A stretch of DNA of 64,000 nt from Alphaproteobacteria bacterium (lineage in GTDB: Bacteria > Pseudomonadota > Alphaproteobacteria > MPNO01). This document shows, piece by piece, positions 17,760 through 24,610 of this stretch (its first letter is position 1; the number at the start of each line of letters is the position of its first letter). Position numbers and translations under genes: made by a program. A model generated the notes under the pieces. The model did no database searches. It was given only the letters and a program-made list of their open reading frames with translations, and was not told the DNA's origin. The stretch lies in the NCBI GenBank assembly GCA_965242495.1, contig OZ251446.1:2820559-2884558 (forward strand), written 5' to 3'.

Positions 17760-17884
17760 GGCGTGGATGCGAGATGATGGTTCTCGTCAAGCGTAAGGCC
17801 GTCGTGCAAGTCGGCCGCGGCTGTCGCCCTCGGACGGATCCGGATGCGACCGCCGAACAGGCGGCGTATCGGTGAGCTTGGCGT

Positions 17885-18469
17885 ATGCGGGTTCTGCTGA
17901 TCTACGCCCACCCGGTCGAGACCAGCTTCAACGCCGCGGTCCATGACTGCGCGGTCCGGTCGCTGACCGCGGCCGGTCACGAGGTCGACGACTGCGACCT
18001 CTACGCCGAAGGGTTCGACCCGGTGCTGTCGCGCCAGGAGCGGCTCGACTATCACGACGAGCGCGTCAACCGGACCCATGCCGCCGGCTATATCGAGCGT
18101 CTGACCCGCGCCCAGGGGCTGATGTTCGTCTATCCGACCTGGAGCATGTCGCCGCCGGCGATCCTCAAGGGCTTCCTGGATCGGGTGATGGTTCCGGGCG
18201 TCGCGTTCGATCTCACCGACGACGGCAAGCTGACGCCGCGCCTGACCAATATCGGCCGGATCGGCGCCGCGGTGACCTACGGGCAGAAGCGCCTCGCGGC
18301 CGAATGGTTCGGCAACCCGTCGCGGCGGCTGATAACCCGCTACGTCAAGTTCTTCGCCGGGCCCGGCGCGCGGACGACCTTCCTGGCCTTCCACAACGTC
18401 AACGTTCCCGACGAGGCGCGCCGCCGCCGCCATCTCGACCGCGTGGCCCGCGAAATGGCGCGGTTCTGA
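17885..18469 (+). CDS. Flavodoxin-like-fold NAD(P)H dehydrogenase (quinone), Flavodoxin_2/NQO-KefF-like
   Basis: MRVLLIYAHPVETSFNAA...FVYPTWSMSPPAILKGFLDRV matches the family pattern. Confidence 0.8.
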   Translation: MRVLLIYAHPVETSFNAAVHDCAVRSLTAAGHEVDDCDLYAEGFDPVLSRQERLDYHDERVNRTHAAGYIERLTRAQGLMFVYPTWSMSPPAILKGFLDRVMVPGVAFDLTDDGKLTPRLTNIGRIGAAVTYGQKRLAAEWFGNPSRRLITRYVKFFAGPGARTTFLAFHNVNVPDEARRRRHLDRVAREMARF

Positions 18470-18473
18470 CCCG

Positions 18474-19058
18474 ATGCGCGTCCTGGTCGTCTACGCCCAC
18501 CCGGTCAAGTCGTCCTTCAACGCGGCGATCCACGCCAGGGCGGTCGAAGCGCTGAAGGCCGCCGGCCACGAGGTCGACGACTGCGACCTCTACGCCGAGG
18601 GGTTCGATCCGGTGCTGTCGGAGGCGCAGCGCCTCGACTATCACGACCCGGCGGCGAACCGGCGCTTCGTCGCTGGCTATGTCGAGCGGCTGCTGCGCGC
18701 CGAGGCCCTGGTGTTCGTCTACCCGACCTGGTGCATGGGGCCGCCCGCCATCCTCAAGGGGTTCTTCGACCGGATCATGATGCCGGGCGTCGCCTTCACC
18801 CTGGAGGAGGGCGGCCAGCCCCGCCCCAACCTGGGCAACGTCCGGCGCGTAGCCGCGATGGTCACGCACGGCCGGACCCGCCTCGCCGTGGCCCTCATGG
18901 GCGACATGCCGCGCAAGATCGTCACCCGCTATTTGCGCTGGTTCGTTCGCCGCGGCGCCCGGATCGCCTACCTGCCCTACTACAACCTCAACCGGCCCGA
19001 CGAGGCGCGCCAGCGACGCTTCCTCGACCGCGTAGCCCGCGAGATGGCCCGCCTTTGA
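18474..19058 (+). CDS. Flavodoxin-like-fold NAD(P)H dehydrogenase (quinone), tandem paralogue
   Basis: Identical length (194 aa) and colinear with the upstream gene (MRVLVVYAHPVKSSFNAA...FVYPTWCMGPPAILKGFFDRI). It starts 4 nt after the upstream stop. Confidence 0.8.
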   Translation: MRVLVVYAHPVKSSFNAAIHARAVEALKAAGHEVDDCDLYAEGFDPVLSEAQRLDYHDPAANRRFVAGYVERLLRAEALVFVYPTWCMGPPAILKGFFDRIMMPGVAFTLEEGGQPRPNLGNVRRVAAMVTHGRTRLAVALMGDMPRKIVTRYLRWFVRRGARIAYLPYYNLNRPDEARQRRFLDRVAREMARL

Positions 19059-19071
19059 CCCGCCCCGGCGC

Positions 19072-19628
19072 GATCGCTGAAAGCGGGTATGAAGAAACCC
19101 TTGGCGTATCTCCCTCGGGCCGTCGTCACAGCCCCTTCGTCCCCAGGGAGGCAGGAATCGGGACACGAATATGGATTCCCGCTTTCGCGGGAATGACGGG
19201 TGGTTGGCGTACCCGCCTCGAGCCAACGGCCTCCCTCGCCCGTCATCGCGGCCCCCTCCGTCATTCCCGCGAAAGAGCGTGTGAAGAAATCTGACGTATC
19301 CGCCTCGAGCCGATGGCCTTCCCGGGGCCAGTGTCCCGGGGTCCCCCCCTCCCTCGTCATTCCCGCGAAAGCGGGAATCCATATTCGTATCTCGATTCCT
19401 GTTTCCGTGAGGACGAGGGGCCTGTGACGACGGCCCGAGGGAAGCCGTAATGACGAGGGGGGGGGGGGCCGCGACGGCCTCCCTCGGGCCATCGTCACGG
19501 GCCTCCCTCATCATTCCCCCGCTTTCGCGGGGGCAGGCTCCGCGCGCTCGGGGATTCGGCTGAACCGACGCCCACGCGGACATGCCGGGATTTCTTCACA
19601 CGCTCGAAAGCGGAAATCCAGGAGCCTT
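19072..19628. repeat. Cluster A of a dispersed intergenic repeat family (REP/MITE-like), hairpin core ATTCCCGC-GAAA-GCGGGAAT
   Basis: Core copies at 19171-19199 (reverse orientation) and 19356-19384, with degenerate copies at about 19260-19290, 19508-19532 and 19590-19620. Companion modules GGCGTATCCGCCTCGAGCCGA and CCTCGGGCCGTCGTCACAGCCCC are present. The same modules recur at 29.9, 32.2 and 37.9 kb. Confidence 0.85.
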
Positions 19629-19761
19629 GACGAGATCGATCGAAGCGGTCGCGCGCCGGAACGCTCGCCGTCCCCGCGACTGCATCGGCGGAGTTCCATG
19701 GGTAAGCAGGTTCGTGTGTAGTCGTTTGATGGGCCGATTCATGTTCGGGTTTCCGTAAGTA

Positions 19762-20049
19762 TTGACTCCTCCGCTCGCAATCCCGACCATCCGCCCTGCA
19801 ATCACATGCAGGCTGCCCGCTCCGTCGGGTTGCCCGCCGAATGGAACGGCCGCTACCCGGCGCGGGTTTGGCCGCCCTCGCCTTTGGGAATAGGCGGGAT
19901 CTTCACACAGCCCGCGTGATTGCAACGGCCCGGCGCCCGCCGGCGCCGTGTTGCGACCGCACGGAGGATGCGCCGATGCATACCGGAAGACCCCTCGCAG
20001 TCGCGCTCTGCATCGCCCTCTCGTTCACCCTCGCCGCGTGCGGCGGGGG
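19762..20049 (+). repeat. Direct repeat copy 1 (leader + signal peptide of the surface lipoprotein gene)
   Basis: Aligns base-for-base, with few substitutions or indels, to 21150-21439. This includes TTGACTCCTCCGCTCGCAA, the SD GGAGGA and codons MHTGRPLAVALC.ALSFTLAACGGG. Confidence 0.85.
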
Positions 20050-20345
20050 CCGCGGCGCAATCGCCACTGATGCGTTCCTCGACGCCGTCGTGCTGGCGGC
20101 CGATCTCCTCTTTTTTCTGGATAGGTAGCGGCCGGACGACGGGAGAGGGGTGTCGGCTCGCCGGTTGGACCGGGGCCGTTGTCGGCGATATGACCGGATC
20201 TCGGCCCGCCATATCGGCCGCATGGCGCGGACTCATGGTCGGGACTCCAAGCCGCGGCGCGGCGCGCGCTCCTGCATCGGCGGCGAACCGCCCGACCTGA
20301 CCTCGCAGCAGATCATCGACCGCGCCGGGCGCCTTCTCCGGAGTG
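19976..20345 (+). pseudogene. Decayed paralogue of the TbpB-like surface lipoprotein gene
   Basis: The lipoprotein signal peptide and lipobox LAAC are intact, then a stop occurs at 20126-20128. DNA blocks at about 20131-20270 and 20270-20345 still align to about 21851-21988 and 22333-22410 of the intact gene, but out of frame or with deletions. Confidence 0.6.
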
Positions 20346-20451
20346 AACCCGGACGGATTCTTGAGCGCCATCTCCGCCGCCGCTACCGTCGCCTTGCGGC
20401 GATGAGCCCCGATCCTGGCTGGAATGGCGCGGGCGGCATGGGGAGGCTGCA

Positions 20452-20736
20452 ATGCATCCGCTGATCGAGGCGCATCGCGCCGAGATTCTTACCCTTGCCG
20501 AGCGCCGCGGCGCGCGAAACGTGCGGGTATTCGGGTCGATGGCGCGAGGCGATGCCGACGATGCGAGCGACGTCGATCTGCTGGTTTCGCTGGCTCCCGA
20601 CAAGACGGGGTTGGCCCTTGGCGCTCTGCTGACGGACGTGCAGGGGCTCCTTGGCCGCCAGGTGGAGGCGCCGACCGAAAGCGGTCTCCACCCCGCGATA
20701 CGCGACCGGGCGTTGAAGGAGGCGCAACCGCTGTGA
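20452..20736 (+). CDS. Minimal nucleotidyltransferase (MNT) antitoxin
   Basis: The GSMARGDADDASDVDLLV motif is present and the SD GGGGAGG lies 5 nt upstream. The stop overlaps the HepT start (GTGA). Confidence 0.8.
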   Translation: MHPLIEAHRAEILTLAERRGARNVRVFGSMARGDADDASDVDLLVSLAPDKTGLALGALLTDVQGLLGRQVEAPTESGLHPAIRDRALKEAQPL

Positions 20737-21095
20737 GGCCGGGCGCGGTCTCTGATCGGGCGCCGCCGGAGCACATTCTTCAGCGCATGGGGCGCATCCG
20801 GCGCTACACGGGAGGACGGCGGGCGACGTTCTACGATTCGCACGTGGCGCAGGACGCGGTCATGCGCAATCTGCAAATCCTCGCGGAGTCGACGCAGCGG
20901 GTGAGCGGGTCGCTCAAGGCGACCGAGCCCGCCGCGCCATGGGGCGCGACCGCCGGCTTCCGCAACGTATCGGCTCACAACTATCTCGGGGTCGATCTGG
21001 CCGCGGTTTGGAGTGTGGCCGAGACGGATTCGCCGGAGCTGGAGTCGGCGCGACCCTCGGCCGCACGCCGCTCGCTTCCTATGCGGATAGCGTAG
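20733..21095 (+). CDS. HepT/DUF86 HEPN-domain toxin
   Basis: RN-x3-H HEPN motif in GFRNVSAHNYLGVD, with QDAVMRNLQILAES upstream. The GTG at 20733 is coupled to the MNT stop. Confidence 0.75.
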   Translation: MRPGAVSDRAPPEHILQRMGRIRRYTGGRRATFYDSHVAQDAVMRNLQILAESTQRVSGSLKATEPAAPWGATAGFRNVSAHNYLGVDLAAVWSVAETDSPELESARPSAARRSLPMRIA

Positions 21096-21149
21096 CGGGG
21101 GTCCTGGAGCCGGTCGTTTCCCTTGCGCCTCCGGAATCGATCACAGGCG

Positions 21150-21439
21150 TTGACTCCTCCGCTCGCAACCCCGACCATCCGCCCTGCAATCACATGCAGG
21201 CTGCCCGCTCCGTCGGGTTGCCCGCTGAATAGAACAGCCGCTACCCGGCGCGGGTTTGGCCGCCCTCGCCTTGGCGAATAGGCGGGGTCTCCACACAGCC
21301 TGTGTGTGATTGCAACGGCCCGGCACCCGCCGGCGCCGTGTGGCGATCGCACGGAGGATGCGCCGATGCATACCGGAAGACCCCTCGCAGTCGCGCTCTG
21401 CGGCGCCCTCTCGTTCACCCTCGCCGCGTGCGGCGGGGG
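21150..21439 (+). repeat. Direct repeat copy 2 (leader + signal peptide of the intact surface lipoprotein gene)
   Basis: Partner of 19762-20049. Confidence 0.85.
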
Positions 21440-23084
21440 TGGGGGCGGCAACGCGATTTCCACCCCCCTGCCCGACGCCGCCGGAGTGCGCACCCTGACC
21501 GGTTCGCAACCTCCCGCCGAGACCGCCGCGGATCAATCCGCACGAGCCGCCGGGATCGTCGCGCGCACCGATTCACTCATCGCTTCCACTTTCTTCGGGG
21601 AGACGTCCCACCCGGATCTCCCGACATATGAGCTTCGGGCGAATTGCTCCCGGACACGATGCACGTGGAGGGAGCCGACCACCGGGGCCTCTACCTCTTT
21701 CAGCCTGGACGACCTCGGCGGCTCCGGCCAAATCGACCGTCGGACCATTCTCACCAAGAACGGGATTACCACGCGGGAAAGCAGAGACGCGGATGGTGAG
21801 AGTTACGGAGCCTGGATGCAACACGCCTCTTTCCAGATAGCTAGCGCCCAGACGACGACGGAAGAGGGGGTGCGGGTCGCCGGTTGGGCCGGGGCCGCCC
21901 TCGGCGATTTGACCGAATCACGGCCCGCCGTGTCGGCCACGTGGCGCGGACTCATGGTCGGGACTCCAAGCCGCGGCGCGGCGCGCGGAAACACCCTGCA
22001 AGGCGACGCCGCCCTGATCTACACGCCTGCCGGCAATTCGCTCGACGCGGCCTTCACCGACATAAAGGATCTCGACCGGGGCGCGGCGTATTCGACGGAG
22101 AGCGTGCGCTTCGAAGACGTGCCGGTGGCCGCCGACGGCACTTACGAAGCCGGTCTGACCGGCAACCGCATCCAGGGCGGCTTCTACGGGCCGGACCATG
22201 TGGAGGCGGCCGGGATTATTGAGCAGAGCGGCATCGTCGGTTCGTTCGGCGCGAAGGGAGAAGCAACGTCGGCGGTATCCCCCGAAACGCCGACGGTTCC
22301 CGATTGGCTTTGGCTGCCGTCGGCGGACGGCGCGCGCTCCCGCATCGGCGGCGAACCGCTCGAGCTGACCTCGCAGCAGATCATCGACCGCGCCGGGCGC
22401 CTTCTCCGGGCGGCGAGTATCCGACTCATCTATCAGGAGTTCGGGAACACCGGCGCGCATCGCGTTTTCTGCGATGGCGTCGTTTGCGACTGGGTGCACA
22501 GCGTAGGCGAGCAGCGACTCGCCCTCGAAGTCGAAGGCGAATGGCGGCCGGTCATGCGCCGTCGCGGAGTCGATCTGGCGCAGGGCCGGGGACGTGTGAC
22601 CGGCGAGAACGCCCACTCCTGGGGCGAATACGTCGGCTTAATGGCGCACGGATCGTTCGGACTCAGGCGGTTGGATCGCGACGCCCCTTCGGGATCGTGG
22701 TCCGCCTTCCCCTATGCGTTCGGCGACGCGCCCGAAACCAACCCTGGCGCCGACCTCGGAACCGCCGTCTGGAACGGCGTGATGATGGGCTTCGACACGA
22801 GCGGGGCCGCGCCCGGGACCATCCAAGGCGACGCGGCGATCACCGTCGATCTCGGTGGCTTCTCGACCGTCGACGTGGCGTTCACGAACGTCCGCAATCT
22901 CGACACCGGCGCGGCCGCGCGCGACATGCGATGGAACGACATATGGTTGCGGGACGGCGGCTTCGACGGTTATTCCTCCGGCGACGGCTACATTGAGGGC
23001 GCGTTCTTTGGGCCACAACACCAGGAGGTCGGCGGCGTATTCAAGCAGGATCTCTACGCCGGCTCCTTCGGGGCGAAGCGGTAG
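21366..23084 (+). CDS. Bilobed surface lipoprotein with two TbpB/fHbp-type beta-barrel domains (putative Slam substrate)
   Basis: Lipobox LSFTLAAC. There is an internal duplication, and each lobe ends with the family signature: GGFYGPDHVEAAGIIEQSGIVGSFGAKG and GAFFGPQHQEVGGVFKQDLYAGSFGAKR. The SD GGAGGA lies 8 nt upstream of the ATG at 21366. Confidence 0.7.
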   Translation: MHTGRPLAVALCGALSFTLAACGGGGGGNAISTPLPDAAGVRTLTGSQPPAETAADQSARAAGIVARTDSLIASTFFGETSHPDLPTYELRANCSRTRCTWREPTTGASTSFSLDDLGGSGQIDRRTILTKNGITTRESRDADGESYGAWMQHASFQIASAQTTTEEGVRVAGWAGAALGDLTESRPAVSATWRGLMVGTPSRGAARGNTLQGDAALIYTPAGNSLDAAFTDIKDLDRGAAYSTESVRFEDVPVAADGTYEAGLTGNRIQGGFYGPDHVEAAGIIEQSGIVGSFGAKGEATSAVSPETPTVPDWLWLPSADGARSRIGGEPLELTSQQIIDRAGRLLRAASIRLIYQEFGNTGAHRVFCDGVVCDWVHSVGEQRLALEVEGEWRPVMRRRGVDLAQGRGRVTGENAHSWGEYVGLMAHGSFGLRRLDRDAPSGSWSAFPYAFGDAPETNPGADLGTAVWNGVMMGFDTSGAAPGTIQGDAAITVDLGGFSTVDVAFTNVRNLDTGAAARDMRWNDIWLRDGGFDGYSSGDGYIEGAFFGPQHQEVGGVFKQDLYAGSFGAKR

Positions 23085-24579
23085 GCGGCGCGCACGGAAG
23101 GGGATCGCCGGCGCGGCCCTCGCCGCGCTGGCGTTGTCCCTGTGCGCGCCGGTCTTCGCCGGGGACGCGGCGGACGCGCCCCCCGAAGGGCCGGCGGGCG
23201 CGGTCGCGCGCGCCGAGACGATGATCCTCTCCGGCGCGCCGGCGGCGGCGCTCGCTCTGCTGCGCCCGCTGGCCGAGAGCGATCCGAGCCGCACCGACGC
23301 CTGGTTCTTCCGCGGCATGGCGGCCGCGGCGGCGGCCAACCTGCCGGCGGGGCGTCCGGGCGCGCCGGCCGACGACGCGGCGCGGCGCGCCCTGCGCGAT
23401 GAGGCCGCGGCCAGCTACCGCCATATCCTGGAGGCGCGTCCCGGCCTCGCCGGCGCCCGGCTCGAACTCGCCCGCGTCCTGTTCGAACGCGGGCGCTGCC
23501 TGGAGGAGCCCGACGACCTGCTGGCGCATCTGCTGGGCGACGATTGCGACGCCGCGGCGCATCACTTCCGGCGCGCCTTGGCGGGCGGCCTGCCGCCGCA
23601 GATCGTCGCCGCGGTCTCGCGCTTCCTCGCCGTCGTGCGGGCGCGCAAGCGGCTGTCGGGATCGTTCGGGATGTCGATCGCGCCCGACAGCAACGTCAAC
23701 GCCGGCTCCTCGGCGCGGAGCTTCGCCACCCGCCTCCGGAACTTCTTCACCGGCGAGAGGCTGGTGTTCGAACTCGACGAGCGCGCCCACGCGACCACCG
23801 GCGTCGGGGTCGTCGTCTCGGCTTCCGGCGAGTACCGGCGCCCGATGCGGTTCCGGCTGCTGGAGGATAGCGCGACCCGGCTCCGTTTCGGCGGCGGCGT
23901 CCACCGGCGCGAATACGCCGGGCGGCGGTTCGACGACATGACGCTCTCGCTCCATGCCGGGCCGCAGATTCTGCTTCGGCGCGGACGCGCCAGCCTGCTC
24001 GCCAAGGCGGACCGCCGCTGGTACGGCGGCGGACCGGTGAGCCGCGGTCTCGGCCCGCGCCTCGAAGGGGGCGTGCTCGTGGGCGAACGCCTTCGGCTCG
24101 GCGCCGGCGTCGAGCGGATCGAGCGGCGCCATCGGCGCGGCCGGGCCTCGGACGGTCCGCGCTCCGACCTCGACGTCAGCCTGAACTTCGCGGCGACGCC
24201 GGCGATCGCGCTCGGCCTGCGCGGCGGCTGGCGGAGAACCCGCGCGGACGCCCCGGGCCTGCGCTCCCGCACCCGCCGGCTGGGCGCGTATGTCGGCGCC
24301 GCTCTGCCGCCGGTCGTCGGCGTCGCCGGCTTCAACCTCGGTCTCTTCCACGACGTCCTGCTCACCCGCTACGACGCGTTCGTGGCCTACCTGATCAGCC
24401 CGGATACGCGCCGCGACCGGACCTCGGTCAGCCGGTTGACGTTCTCCAACGATCGTCTCGAACTGTTCGGCTTCGCCCCGGTGCTGTCCCTGGTTCACGA
24501 GCGTCGCGATTCGAACATCGGCGACGTCTACGACTACCGGCGATCCCGGGCCGAACTCTCGCTGCGCCGCCTGTTCTGA
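23008..24579 (+). CDS. Slam-like outer-membrane protein (TPR N-domain + DUF560 beta-barrel)
   Basis: Signal peptide ...RRRARKGIAGAALAALALSLCAPVFAGD, then a TPR-like region, then a barrel region starting SFGMSIAPDSNVNAGS with alternating-hydrophobic strands and a C-terminal ...ELSLRRLF. The start is uncertain: there is no in-frame ATG/GTG near the leader. The coordinate given is the TTG at 23008. Confidence 0.62.
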   Translation: MGHNTRRSAAYSSRISTPAPSGRSGRRRARKGIAGAALAALALSLCAPVFAGDAADAPPEGPAGAVARAETMILSGAPAAALALLRPLAESDPSRTDAWFFRGMAAAAAANLPAGRPGAPADDAARRALRDEAAASYRHILEARPGLAGARLELARVLFERGRCLEEPDDLLAHLLGDDCDAAAHHFRRALAGGLPPQIVAAVSRFLAVVRARKRLSGSFGMSIAPDSNVNAGSSARSFATRLRNFFTGERLVFELDERAHATTGVGVVVSASGEYRRPMRFRLLEDSATRLRFGGGVHRREYAGRRFDDMTLSLHAGPQILLRRGRASLLAKADRRWYGGGPVSRGLGPRLEGGVLVGERLRLGAGVERIERRHRRGRASDGPRSDLDVSLNFAATPAIALGLRGGWRRTRADAPGLRSRTRRLGAYVGAALPPVVGVAGFNLGLFHDVLLTRYDAFVAYLISPDTRRDRTSVSRLTFSNDRLELFGFAPVLSLVHERRDSNIGDVYDYRRSRAELSLRRLF

Positions 24580-24610
24580 TCCCGCCCCGCATCGCGGGAA
24601 GGCCCGCCCG

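Noticed and set aside
18399-19583. 394-aa minus-strand ORF, plus the other ORFs crossing 19.06-19.63, 29.9-30.2, 32.0-32.3 and 37.7-38.4 kb
   Set aside because: They are built from translations of the intergenic repeat modules (strings such as IPAFAGMT, SFPRKRES, DSRFRGNDG, VIPAKAGI) or are antisense to the NQO genes. The repeats occur in both orientations and in all frames, so they are not coding.
19072-19628. CRISPR array?
   Set aside because: The repeats are present in both orientations, have irregular spacing and variable module composition, and there are no uniform spacers. The same units are scattered singly elsewhere, and no cas genes are present. This is REP/MITE-like, not CRISPR.
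19820-19915. Known riboswitch (for example cobalamin) in the lipoprotein leader
   Set aside because: No B12-box or other riboswitch consensus that I can recognise by eye. I kept it only as an unclassified structured-leader observation.
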